Assembly (NCBI RefSeq): GCF_902713615.1
Contig: NC_052152.1
Span: 68,668,818 to 68,732,817, forward strand
Reading direction: 5' to 3'
Length of the DNA stretch: 64,000 nucleotides
Source of the DNA: Scyliorhinus canicula
Taxonomy: Eukaryota
The stretch's first letter is position 1. The number at the start of each line of letters is the position of its first letter. The position numbers were made by a program, and so were the translations under genes. Of this stretch, positions 24,200-37,244 are shown in pieces. The notes under the pieces were generated by a model that saw only the letters and a program-made list of their open reading frames with translations, searched no databases and had not been told where the DNA came from.

Positions 24200-26988
24200 G
24201 AGATGATGAACGCAAAGGTGGTCTGAGGTGCATTTATTTTAATGCAAAAGTGTAGCAGGTAAGGCAGATGAACTTAGGGCTTGGATCAGTACCTGGGAAT
24301 ATGATGTTATTGGTATTACTGAGACTTGGTTGAGGGAAGGGCAGGACTGGCAACTGAATATCCCAGGGTATAGATGCTTCAGGAGGGATAGAGAGGGAGG
24401 TAGAAGGGGTGGAGGAGTTGCATTACTCGTCAGAGATGATATCACAGCTGTGATTAAGGAGGGCACGATGGAGGATTCGAGCACTGAGGCAATATGGGTG
24501 GAGCTGAAAAATAGGAAGGGTGCAGTAACATTGTTGGGACTTTACTACAGGCCTCCCAAAAGCGAGCATGAAGTAGAGGTACAAATATGCAGACAGATTA
24601 TAGAAAAATGTAGGAGAAATAGGGTGGTTGTGATGGGAGATTTTAACTTCCCCAACATTGAATGGGATTTGTGTAGTGTTGGAGGCGTAGATGGAGCAGA
24701 GTTTGTAAGGAGCATCCAGGAGAGTTTTTTAGAGCAGTATGTAAATAGTCCAACTCGGGAAGGGGCCATACTGGACCTGGTATTGGGGAATGATCCCGGC
24801 CAGATGGTTGATGTTTCAGTCGGTGATTACTTTGGGAATAGCGATCACAATTCCGTAAGTTTTAGAATACTCATGGACAAGGACAAGAGTGGTCCGAAAG
24901 GAAGAGTACTAAATTGGGGAAAGGCAGAGTATAACAAAATTTGGCAGGAGCTAGGGAATGTGGATTGGAAGCAGCTGTTTAAGGGTAAATCCACATTTGA
25001 AATGTGGAAGTCTTTTAAGGAAAGGTTGATTAGAGTGCAGGACAGACATGTTCCTGTGAAAATGAAAGATAGAAATGGCAAGATTAGGGAACCATGGATG
25101 ACGGGTGAAATTGTGAGACTAGCTAAGATGAAAAAGGAAGCATACATAGGATCGAGGCAACTCAAAACTGATGAAGCTTTGGAGGAATATCGGAAAAGTA
25201 GGACGAATCTCAAACGCGCAATAAAGAGGGCTAAAAGGGGTCATGAAATATCTTTGGCTAACAGGGTTAAGGAAAATCCCAAAGCATTTTATTCGTATGT
25301 AAGGAGCAAGAGCGTAACTAGAGAAAGGATTGGCCCACTTAAAGACAAAAGAGGGAATTTATGCGTGGACTCAAAGGAAATGGGTGAGATTCACAAAGGA
25401 GAGGGACAAGATGGATGTTGAGGCTAGGGATGGATGTTTAAATACTCTTGGTCAAGTTGTCATACGGAAAGGGGAAGTTTTGGGTATTCTGAAAGACATT
25501 AAGGTGGACAAGTCCCCAGGACCGGATGGGATCTATCCCAGGTTGCTGAGGGAAGCGAGGGTCGAAATAGCTGGGGCCTTAACAGATATCTTTGCAGCAT
25601 CCTTGAGCACGGGTGAGGTCCCGGAGGACTGGAGAATTGCTAATGTTGTCCCTTTGTTTAAGAAGGGTAGCAGGGATAATCCAGGGAATTACAGACCTGT
25701 GAGCTTGACGTCAGTGGTAGGCAAACTGTTGGAGAAGATACTGAGGGATAGGATCTATTCACATCTGGAAGAAAATAGACTCATCAGTGATAGGCAGCAT
25801 GGTTTTGTGCAGGGAAGGTCATGTCTTACAAACCTAATAGAATTCTTTGAGGAAGTGACAAAGTTAATTGATGAGGGAAGGGCTGCAGATGTCGTATACA
25901 TGGACTTTAGTAAGGCGTTTGATATGGTTTCCCACGGCAGGTTGATGGAAAAAGTGAAGTCGTATGGGGTTCAGGGTGTACTAGCTAGATGGATAAAGAA
26001 CTGGCTGGGCAACAGGAGACAGAGAGTAGTGGTGGAAGGGAGTGTCTCAAAATGGAGAAGGGTGACTAGTGGTGTTCCACAGGGATCCGTGCTCGGACCA
26101 CTGATGTTTGTGATCTACATAAATGACCTGGAGGAAGGTATAGGTGGTCTGATTAGCAAGTTTGCAGATGATACTAAGATTGGTGGAGTTGCAGATAGCG
26201 AGGAGGACTGTCAGAGAATACAACAAAATATAGATAGATTGGAGGGTTGGGCAGAGAAATGGCAGATGGAGTTCAATCCAGGCAAATGCGAGGTGATGCA
26301 TTTTGGAAGATCAAATTCAAGAGCGGACTATCTGGTCAATGGAAGGGTCTTGGTGAAAATTGATGTGCAGAGAGATCTGGGAGTTCAGGTCCATTGTACC
26401 CTGAAGGTGGCAACGCAGGTTGATAGAGTGGTCAAGAAGGCATACAGCATGCTTGCCTTCATCGGACGCGGTATTGAGTACAAGAGTTGGCAGGTCATGT
26501 TACAGTTGTATAGGACTTTGGTTCAGCCACATTTGGAATACTGCGTGCAGTTCTGGTCGCCACATTAACAGAAGGATATGGATGCCTTGGAGAGGGTGCA
26601 GAGGAGGTTCACCAGGATGCTGCCTGGTATGGAGGGTGCTAGCTATGAAGAAAGGTTGAGTAGATTAGGATTATTTTCATTGGAAAGACTGAGGTTGAGG
26701 GGGGACCTGATTGAGGTCTACAAAATTATGAGAGGTATGGACAGGGTGAATAGCAACAAGCTTTTCCCAAGAGTGGGGGTGTCAGTTACGAGGGGTCACG
26801 ATTTCAAGGTGAGAGGGGGAAAGTTTAAGGGAGATGTGCGTGGAAAGTTTTTTACGCAGAGGGTGGTGGGTGCCTGGAACGCTTTACCAGCGGAGGTGGT
26901 AGAGGCGGCCACGATAGCATCATTTAAAAATCATCTAGACAGGTATATGAATGGACGGGAACAGAGGGAAGTAGACCTTGGAAAATAG
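24200..26988 (+). pseudogene. CR1 ORF2: APE endonuclease plus reverse transcriptase (disrupted)
   Basis: ITETWL, GGGVAL, YRPP, GDFN and SDHN (endonuclease); [17 protein letters not shown] and KFADDTK (RT). Frameshifts ~24247 and ~25391, stop at 26566-26568. Confidence 0.92.
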
Positions 26989-27482
26989 GAGACAGGTTTA
27001 GATAAAGGATCTGGATCGGCGCAGGCTGGGAGGGCCGAAGGGCCTGTTCCTGTGCTGTAATTTTCTTTGTTCTTTGTTCTTTGATATGGAAAGATAGAGA
27101 TGAGTTCTGCAATCTGAAAGCCAATCTCATCTCGAAGATGTTATCAAGAAACAACAGGTAAATAAAGGTGGAAGGGAATAAGGATGGGGATGACAGGTGA
27201 CGATACTAAAAATGGAATAGAAGCCATTTTAAAAAATAAAGTACTGATTCTTCAAATTTGATGGAGCCAGGAGAGAGCAGTGCCACATGGTGACATCCTC
27301 GAGAGGAATGTTCACAGATGATAACCCCCTCAAAATCATATATACATCTAAAAAGGTGAGTGATATGTAGCATAGAAGAACAGAATACATTTTAATCATT
27401 ACATTATTATTAATCATTATATTACATTATTTTATTACATTACATTTTATTATCATTACATTATTAATCACAGTATTATTGA

Positions 27483-27612
27483 GTGGGGTTTTCTGGTCAC
27501 GCCCTCCCCAAGACCGGAAATTCCCGTTTGAGGTCAATGAACCTTTAAATGGTCTGTCAAATGTTCCCTCCCGCCTATGATGGTTCTTGTGGCAGGACCA
27601 GAAAACTTGCAT
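27483..27612. mobile_element. Small TIR element (MITE)
   Basis: Inverted ends GTTTTCTGGTC and GACCAGAAAAC about 130 bp apart. Confidence 0.5.
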
Positions 27613-29277
27613 CTTTGGGTTTAACTCAAGAATTACAGTATTGCTTGAGTACAACATAAAAACATGACAACATAAGAAAAGCCTTAATAAGAAAATGTAT
27701 TTCAGAGACTCGGAAAGCATCCTCTGGCACCTTAGCTGTCCTAAGCTAGAATGCAACTACATTTTGAATGTCCCTAATGTTGTGATGAAAGATGTATATT
27801 TTGTCTCTCTTGCAGGCCCATTGACTGTACAGCTTATCTTCACAAATACCTAAATGTTCAGTCTATTGATATCATTACTCATATCCTTATTCGCATTTAA
27901 AGAGACATATATACACGTTGTGAATTCTGATTTCAAGATTTGTAGAGTTATCTGCCATTTTAAGATTTGTCTTTAGCCAAGTAGCTTCATCAGGAAATGC
28001 AAGAGAAAGCTGAAAAGAGACCTTTTACAGTACTTCAGAATTTGACAAATCAAAATGTGGGGAGTAAGAACAAGCAATGAACATGTGTTTTTGCTGGGAC
28101 AATGCAACAATAGTTATTAGTTCAGCCCTGTAGCCATGACCCAAAGTCACTTTCTTCCTTTGAGAATAGATATTTTTTTTCAGAATATGTGTTTGTACAA
28201 AGAACACAAATTACAGCAACAATTCCCTTCTCTTTCTTTGCTTGTGTCTAAAATACAAATATTGACTATCTTCCCAGATATTTTCTGCTATCTGCTCTGA
28301 AACAAATTAAAGGAGTTGACTTTTGCTATTATCTAAAAACAAAAATATTATTTGGGAAAATATAAAATGACAAAATACGCTGCATAATATTTCTTGCACT
28401 TGATACCTTGACAGCTTCAGTACATTACGTCAATACATTTAGGACCTCAACAGTACGTATAATTATAACAGTCAGTATATATTATGCATGGTGTGTTACA
28501 CTCAGCCCTTTTTTCCATGGTTTGAAATATTAATATTGACAGGGTAGAACTGGAAATGGAACAGAGATCATCATTTATAGTATATACATTTACAAAATGA
28601 GAATGAAAAGGCAGTGAATCATTCCGTATTTAGAAACTATGCTGTTTTTATATTGCGGTTTAATTTCAATTAGAGAATACCCAAGTAACTACACCCGTGC
28701 CACATAATTACTTCATTAAAAAGAGTGCATTAAAATTTGTGAAATAAATCAAATGCATGCTGCTCAAGATGTGGCAAAAGACTCAGGTTGACCCTGGTAT
28801 TCAAGTCCCACCCCGACCGATGTGGTTTAACTGTGCCCTAATTTGTGTATGATAAGTGAACCCTATGAACCTAATTCCACTATTTTGAAAAAGATAATAA
28901 ATATGTCAACATGAATCAGAGGACAGGATCTCAGATGAGGGAATTCATTTTGTGGGCAATGTGATTCGATCTTTGTTGGAACTTTATTTGGTGTTCGCAG
29001 ATTTTACAGTGGCTACCATTGCAACAAAGGGTTGTTAGCCGAGCAACAATAAATCCAGTTATGAGACATTTTTGATTTTAAAAAATCACCACAGTCCCAG
29101 AGGACCATAGGCTGCTCTCCACTTTGAGAATTCACTGGTGGTGATTTAACCTGAGGATCACCACACGCAAGTGTATAATGTAAGCCCAGTTCCAGACTCT
29201 TCACACACCTGTGTGATACCTGACCTCATGAACACTCTGCCTTAAAGGGGAATGTGGTTTTCTTCTTATACTATAAT

Positions 29278-30120
29278 TATTATTATCCTGGACCAGACCA
29301 CAACAGTTGCTGGGATACCAAACAGAAACCCCAATACTTTATTTAATTTGTAAGTCTGAAGAAAGGATACTTCACTCCAGGAGTGATTCAACACACAAAA
29401 AGGGATATGATGTATTAAAACAAACTTTATTACAAACACAATATTACTAACTTTAACATCATAAAGAAAATAGCTTAAAATCACCAGTTAAACAATGCTT
29501 AACAATGACAATGAAATACTCCTAGCTGCTATCTTTTATCTCAACTCAAGCAAAACCCTTCTCATGTCAAAATCCACTTTTAAATATAGTTGGTCAACCC
29601 AGGAATATTTGCTGTATAGAGATGTCTTGGATAAACTGCTTTGAGAAAGAGATCCCTCAGGAAACCAGCTTGCAAAGCCTTGCCTGTCAAACTAATGGCT
29701 AACCTGCCAGCCTTTTCAGAAACCTCTGTTCTGATCACAGCCAAAATATTTTTAACTGAACTGCATTGAGAGCAGCTGCTAATCTGTACACAGTCAAATC
29801 TTTAACTGAACTGAAACTCAACACCTGACTGTTTCAACCCCTGGCTCGTCCCATTAACTACGTCACCTTACTAAGGCCAGACAAAATGTCTCTAATTATC
29901 TACACCCCAGGCAACCTTTTTCATGTGAACAAAATTCCATTGGCCCAAAACTTTATGATGCATTAATTATCCCTTGTAGCCAAAGTAACTCTCCTTTAAA
30001 CCAGGACTTTAAAAAAAAGATTACTGCAGCAGTCATACACACAGAAACCCAGGCTTTTAACCTTTACTGCCCTGAATATATATAGTACAATATATATCTG
30101 AAATTTCTGCATTTGTCACA
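29278..30120 (-). mobile_element. Probable solo LTR
   Basis: Minus strand starts TGTGACA and ends GGTCTGGTCCAGGATAATAATA (degenerate ...ACA terminus), with an internal AATAAA. Flanks TAAT and TAAG resemble a 4-bp TSD. Confidence 0.55.
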
Positions 30121-30148
30121 TAAGACAGAACCTTGGCTTGTACTTCTG

Positions 30149-30320
30149 AATGAAATGAAATGAAAATTGCTTATTGTCACAAGTAGGCTTCAAATGAAGT
30201 TACCGTGAAAAGCCACTAGTCGCCACATTCTGGCGCCTGTTCGGGGAGGCTAGTACATGCTGCTGGCCTGCCTTGGTCTGCTTTAAAAGCCAGCTCTTTA
30301 GCCCTTTGCTAAACCAGCCC
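30149..30320 (-). mobile_element. Short tRNA-like SINE, second family
   Basis: Closely similar to 18184-18379, with an internal deletion. Confidence 0.8.
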
Positions 30321-32769
30321 CAGGAAGAAGCAGGAATAACATAGTTTGCATGTTTACCAAAGGCTGCATTTGCAGGTATTGACCCAGCTTCTAATTTTTC
30401 CAACCGCCCATTCAATCAGCTTTGTTTGCTACACAGCAAGTGTCTTAAGCTCAAGTCTTTACCTCACATTGGTTGGTGTGTGCTGTCTTGGCAATGAGTC
30501 TCTTATCAGAGTATGGGCTTTTATCTTGACCAGAGTTTTTCCAATCTCTATTGCGTTTTTAAACCATTTGTTGTTTGCATGCATAGCCTAGATTAAGATT
30601 TATTGTTCGAACATATTTTCTGCCCTTTAAATATGTTAACAGAAGGAAAGCTGGGAAATCATCTTAAAACATTCTAACAAGATGTATTTTTAAATATAAA
30701 AATGCGCCGTTTCCTTTTTATAAATAAGGATGCATAGAGTCCAAGCTATTTGTTTGAAGTGGATGTCATCGAGGTAGTTTCACAAACGTAGGACCCAAAG
30801 GTATTTAGATTTATATCACAGGACCCAACAGTACATAGAGTTTGCATATCTGAGCGTCTCTGAATATAATTGTCTAACAGCAAGATTTTAAATGATGGAA
30901 GCTGGCTTGTGAGCAGTGGCCTTAGAGAATCAGCCAAAATTAATGTCAGTACAAAAGCAGCCACACATCCTCTGGTGTTATGCAACAAAATGCTAAGATT
31001 TATCTGAATCCTAGCCAGCATTTATCCCTTAAAGGTCAGGTTAACTGGTCCATCATCTCATTTTGGTACATGAGATGTTGCTGGCTCAAGGTGGCTGCTG
31101 CAAAGAAGTATATGATAATAATTACTGTACTTCAAAGTAATTCATTGTGTAATGTGCTTTTAGCCACAATAAGGCAATGTACAAGCATTATTAATTCAAA
31201 TAGGCAATTTTAGTGATGTCACAAATCATGACAGCAAAAATTGAATATTTTATGAATAACCCCAACAGTTAAATATTTTGTGCATCTTACTGTCACCTAT
31301 TTGTTGTTCTTCTGATTGGCGTGGATTTTGCAGCAGTAATGATGGTGAAATTGTTAAGTGCTCGCCATTCCGAAATCAACAACAACTTCTGGACTCCACT
31401 TTCGCGCAGTAATTTTAGGCTTCCCCGTGGGAAATCATATAGATTTACAGAATAAAAGAAGGTATTTTGGCCCATTGTGTCTGCATCAACTGACAAAAAG
31501 CCATTCAGCCTAATCCCAGGGTGCTTATTAAAGTCCCTACAGATGGCAATCAATTAGGAATTAATGAACATCCGATCTTTTCCTTTTACACTATTACCAT
31601 TGCATATTTTCAGCAAGACCACTTCAGGTTGTTCTAAAATGTTTGCTATGAAGCAAACCTCCTAAATCCTGCAGTATAGATCCTAACTAGATTTTATGGT
31701 TCTTCTGCACCCATTCCACCTACACTATCAACTTTAGAGTCCAAAAACATTTCCCTTATAGTCAGCATGATGGCAGGACCGGACGATTGGGCAGTGCCAG
31801 AAATATCACATTGTATATTTTACGTGATTTTGCTGTTCATTTACACTTTATCTGGAATGTTTATGATTGTTTTTTGTATAGTTTGAGTTTGATTACACTG
31901 GATTTTAATTAGAAGTCAGTTTACATCTAATGATCCCATTACATATTACCATTCAGTACAGAATACTTACTCAGCCTGTGGTTGCTTACTTCCCTACCTG
32001 AAATCTTTGAAAGAATTCTGTACACACCGGTGTTAACTAGCACTTGGGTGTGGTACTCTACGTTCCAAATTTAACTTTTCTTCATCATTTAGCATCTTCT
32101 TGTGATCAAGTGAATCACTTACCTGAAATTAATTCACACAACACTCAAACCACATTAACTGTGAACATTGCTCGGCACAACATCGAGGGCCGAAGGGCCT
32201 GTTCTGTGCTGTACTGTTCTAAATTCTAAATTTATTTGCCTGCAAGCGTTCAATGACATTGGTGTTCAGCCGACATGGGATGAAGCATAATCAGCCATTA
32301 GCTGGCATCAGCTGCACGCACAGCAAAGACCTAAAGCAGTCAAGTAGGTTAAGGGAACTTCTTTAAGTGTTCACAGATAAAATGTAACTAAGTCCCTGCA
32401 GTTGTTTAAGTGCACATTCTTGGAAATTTAACAAAATTGTTGCTGTGTGCTTGAAGTGCACACACGAGCAATTATTATTATGGGTCTGCCTCTTGTGAAC
32501 ATGTCTGCATTTCAGGTGTCACAAAATACATTTCTAGCATTTTCAGCTTTTATTTTCCATATTTTCTCTTTTTATATTTCCAGAATTCTCTGTTATTATA
32601 TTTTCTGTTTGTATTTGCAGCATCCGCAGTATTTTCCTTTTTTCTTCTAGCAGGATCGAGGGTGACAACCAGTCCCGAAAGTGACAGATGTGCACAGCAC
32701 ATTTCAAGTCTATGTGGAACCATGACGTTCTCAATCATGAGCGATTGAGTGAGTGATAGAGAGACAGAG

Positions 32770-32971
32770 ACCGGAACATTCTGGCCATTCACGCTGGTGT
32801 GATCTTCCGGTCCCGCCGATGGCGCACCACTACCGCATGGGCTTCCCAGCAGCGAGGTGTACTCAATATCCCAGTTGATAACAGTGGGACTATAAGATCC
32901 TGCCGCTAGCCAATGGTGGGCCGCCTCTGCCACAGCGAAATATGCAGCAGGTTTTGTGGAATATCCCACCC
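32770..32971. mobile_element. ~200-bp MITE; related copy at ~61970-62372 is split by a SINE
   Basis: TTCTGGCCATTC start, AAGATCC..CC...AGCCAATGG core and ATCCCA(C/T)CC end are shared between the two copies. Confidence 0.55.
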
Positions 32972-34170
32972 TGAGACAGAGACTAACAGAGTGACATTGA
33001 GAGATCGGGGCAGGTGATGGAGAATTTGGTGGGAGGGTTAGAAATTGGTTTTATGCCAGCACGATCTTCCACTGGTGCTCGCCATGGCAGATTGGAAATT
33101 CCATCAGAGACCAGCATGAAACGAATGGGGTCCAAATGGGGCCCGATCAGAATCTTGCCCCCACACCTGATCCTCCACAATGCCCGCAGGACAGCACGTT
33201 GGTGTGAAGCATGTCTGGAACATCTTGGTGTACAGGTGTCAGGACTCACCTGAACAATGCCTGGAGCTGCCTCTGGAGTTCAGGATGGAAGCTGACGTCA
33301 ACCCTGGACCCCAGAACACCACAGCAGTGGGTAGAGGGAGATCTGTCAGCGCAACGTCCAGATCCCCCTCTGGGAGGGGGTCCATCTTCCAGCCCCAGCA
33401 TGTTCCTGGAGATCCATCTTCTTTCTCAGGAGGCCCAGCCTCCACACTCAAGAGTGCGACCAGAAATCCAATTTCATTTTCAGGAGGTCCACCTTCTTTT
33501 ATTCAACAGGAGGTTGGTGATGCAAGATGGTGACCAGATAGGGTAACAGACTATGAATGTGGTGCAAAACACCCAGTTGCATAATTAATTAGGTCAGGGC
33601 CAGAAAAGTCTGCAGTGGGAAACACTCCGCGTTCCTCCCTCACCAAACAGAGGACTTAGTCCCCAAATTTGAAAATTCTGCCCAAGAGAGGCTGAGACAG
33701 ATTGACAGAAATTGAGAGAATGAGAGAGAGAGAGAGAGAAAAAAAATAATATTTGCTGCATTACAGCAAGTCAAACATTTCCGGAACAATATAAAACTGG
33801 AACTCTTATCACACTTAAATAACTGCATAATAGAAGCATGGCAAGCAGGGTCCCAAGTTGGATCCAGTAATGATTCCATATATTTTGGAGATCTATGGCG
33901 ATTTGGAGATCCCATTCTCCATCATTGGAGAAAATTAGATATGGATGTCATCCTGATATTATTCATTCGAAAGGAGCTGACAAAGGGTAGCTCTCCCGAA
34001 CACTACATACATCACTTAGTCCATGCATTCATAGACAGCAATTTAATATTACGCATAACGGATGGAATTTTCCAAAAGTTACAGAGTGCTGCATCAGATG
34101 AGAAAAACAGAGGGACACTCTGTGCAATTTCAAAGTGCTGGTGAGGATTACACAGCTAGCTTTGGGGTGG

Positions 34171-34213
<43 letters not shown>

Positions 34214-34419
34214 TGGGGGGGGTGGCGGGGGGGGGGACTGTGCCTCAACCATGTGAGGCAGGGATTCGGAGATCTGGGTGCCATTTTTATAGGGCGGCCC
34301 AAATTCAAAGTGAAGTTAAAGGCAACCCCCCTTTCCCCCGCACATTGAGACCACCAGCAGACAGGGGGAACATCCCCAACCCTCCAACAAAGAGGACCTA
34401 CCCCCCTCCCCAACCTCTG

Positions 34420-35160
34420 GTAGAACCCTCAAGAGTATTGACAGTCAGAGAGATCTGGGTGTACAGGTCCACAGGTCACTGAAAGGGGCAACACAGGTTA
34501 AGAAGGTAGTCAAGAAGGCATACAGCATGCTTGCCTTCATTGGCCGGGACATTGAGTATAAAAATTGGCGAGTCATGTTGCAGCTGCATAGAACCTTAGT
34601 TAGGCCACATTTGGAGTATAGTGTTCAATTCTGGTTGCCACACTACCAGAAGAATGTGGAGGCTTTCGAGAGGGTGCAGAAGAGATTTACCAGGATGTTG
34701 CCTGGTATGGAGGGCATTAGCTATGAGGAGAGGTTGAATAAACTCGGTTTGTTCACACTGGAATGACGGAGGTTGAGGGGCAATCTCACAGAGGTCTACA
34801 AAATTATAAGGGGCATAGACAGAGTGGATAGTCAGAGGCTTTTCCCCAGGGTAGATGGGTCAATTACTAGGGGGCATAGGTTTAAGGTGCGAGGGGCAAG
34901 GTTTAGAGGAGATGTACAAGGCAAGTTTTTTTACACAGAGGGTAGTGGGTGCCTGGAACTCGCTGCCGGAGGAGGTGGTGGAAGCAGGGACGATAGTGAC
35001 ATTTAAGAGGCATCTTGACAAATACATGAATAGGATGGGAGTAGAGGGATACGGACCCAGGAAGTGTAGAAGATTTTAGTTTAGACAGGCAGCATGGTCG
35101 GCACAAGCTTGGAAGGCCGAAGGGCCTGTTCCTGTGCTGTACTTTTCTTTGTTCTTTGTT
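34420..35160 (+). mobile_element. CR1 LINE 3' fragment inserted in an old MITE (~34060-35543)
   Basis: MLAFIGRDIEYK...RFTRMLPG and FFTQRVVGAWNSLP, then a (GTTCTTT)n tail. Confidence 0.9.
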
Positions 35161-35285
35161 GACAGTGACCCAAAGCTGGGATTGAACCTGGGACCTCGGC
35201 GCCGGGAGGCAGTAATGCCAGCCACTGTGCCATCGTGCAATCTTCACCATAAATAACTTCAAAATACAAGAGAAAAATGGTGGTG
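35161..35285 (-). other. Inverted copy of local intronic sequence 16275-16400, flanked by duplicated CR1 tails
   Basis: About 89% match by eye to the reverse complement of 16275-16400, including ~48 bp of non-SINE flank. CTTTTCTTTGTTCTTTGTT occurs at 35142-35160 and again at 35286-35304. Confidence 0.85.
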
Positions 35286-36688
35286 CTTTTCTTTGTTCTT
35301 TGTTCACTCAGTAGTCAGGTCACCCACGCACCCCCACCAGCATCAGGGTGACCTGACCCCATCCCTATCTTCGCTGGCATTGGGGCAACCCCCATATTGA
35401 AATGAATTTAAATTCATGGTCATCAGGTTCAGACAGGCCATGAACCTGATTATCTTACCAGCAGGGGTTGGGAAAGCTCTCAAAGTGAGATCTCGCCACC
35501 GCAAACCCCATTGTGGCTCTCTCGCGAGAGTTAGCGGCCAGAATCTGTGCCCAAGACGAACGTGTCCACAAAATTGCAGCTAATGTCAATGCTAGACTGC
35601 ATGTAATTGCAGATATAATAGGTGTGAGAGGTGACTTTAACTGATGGCCCTGTTGCTCTGTGCAGAATGCTTTCAGGTGTTCTTCCAAAAAATGTATTGT
35701 TTGACAGTTGCCTCAATGGTGACTCGGGTATACAGAGACCCAGTCCTCTGACACTGCCTTGTAGGTTTGTTGGGGTCTGCAGGTACTGGTGGCGACATGA
35801 TGGTGGTATTCATGCTAATTTCCTGATATGCCTTCTTTCACCTTCCAACACTTTAAGTATTATGTAATAATTCCAGGAGGTGTAGGATAAAAGGCAAAAC
35901 AGGGTTATTCTCCAACACAAATAAAGCAACAGCATAAAAAACAAATGTCCCAACAGAAGACTATTGGGAACTGCCGGTCCGGGTCCCAGGTCGATATTTA
36001 AGGCCCCGCTGGAGAGCTCCTGTTGGGCAAGCCTCTATCCACACAACACTGTAATCTACGATCAATAAGCGATCCCCCGCGATCTTCGTGAGGTTATAAC
36101 ATCCCTCCCATTCCCGTGACAAAAGGGCCTCTTCTGTCTTTTAGCACCAAGCCTCAGATCTCTGGTAAGTGGAGCTGGATTATTGGGTGTGAAGCGTAGT
36201 GGAGACGTCTGCTTCCTCAATGAGCGCCTGAGAGTTACGGAAGCTGGCTCATCCTCAGTGTTGGCTTCTGATCCTGAGTCTTTACACTCGGGCGGGAATA
36301 GGCCTAGGGCCCCCCACGGCTGAGACTTTGTGCCGGAGGTGCCTGAATTTGCGTTGAGGACGTAGTTTCCATTGGACTGGGCTCCATAATCCTCAGATGA
36401 TCCACGTCTTTTTTCACAGATTTTCCTGGGACCATGGGTGGAATTATCCGCTCCCGCGCGGCATCGGGAAGGACGTCGTGAACTTGGCTGAGTTTCACGA
36501 CGGCTCTACACGGCCCGGTTCCCGAATGATTCTGGCCCCGGAAATGGGCTCGGAGCGGGGCCGCGGGAAACATGTGGGGAATGACGGCAAAAGCCCGCGA
36601 CCCCCGTATGACGCCAGAATGGCGCCCGAGTGATGCCGCTCCGCGTCGTAAAAGGGCGCAAGCGACCAAAACAAGTGAGGGCCTGACA

Positions 36689-37207
36689 ATGACGGAGCCA
36701 CGGAGGGCCGCCCCGAGGTTCGGGGAGGCTGGCCTCGAGACCCTCCTCGTTGAGGTGGAGCAACGGAGGGGCATCATCTGCCCTAGAAGAGGTCATCGCC
36801 ACCCTGCCAGCGTTGTGCGACGGACCTGGTGTGAGGTGGGCACGGCAGTGAGTGCTGTGGGGCAGACCCCTCGGTCTGGGGAGCAGTGCCGGAAGAAGCT
36901 CCACGACCTCACCAGGCCTACCAGGCTAAGTGCCAAGAGGGTGCCCCGGGTTACAAAAGTCCCCCCCCCCCAATGTCCCTCATCACCCACCTCCCCCCCC
37001 CCCCGGGCACGAGGAGGAGGGGGAGGGGGGGGCCTGAGTGAGTGGAGGGTGGTTAGCCAAGTTGTCACAATGCAAATGAGCGCTGTGACCCCCTGGAGAG
37101 ATGCCATGGTGTAGCTGCAACTGTCCCCCCAACCTGTGCCAATATCTGAACGCCCTGATGATACCTGCCGAATTGTGATGATCTATCCATGCCCCCCCCC
37201 CCCCCCC

Positions 37208-37244
<37 letters not shown>

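Larger units (their letters stand above)
22745..27085 (+). mobile_element. Near full-length CR1-clade (HER1-like) LINE
   Basis: 5' UTR, ORF1, ORF2 and (GTTCTTT)n tail at 27061-27083 are all present, with few lesions. Confidence 0.95.

Noticed and set aside
34172-34210. Long G/C homopolymers (also ~6202, ~8703, ~37192)
   Set aside because: Simple runs inside repeats, with lengths prone to sequencing error and no evidence of function.
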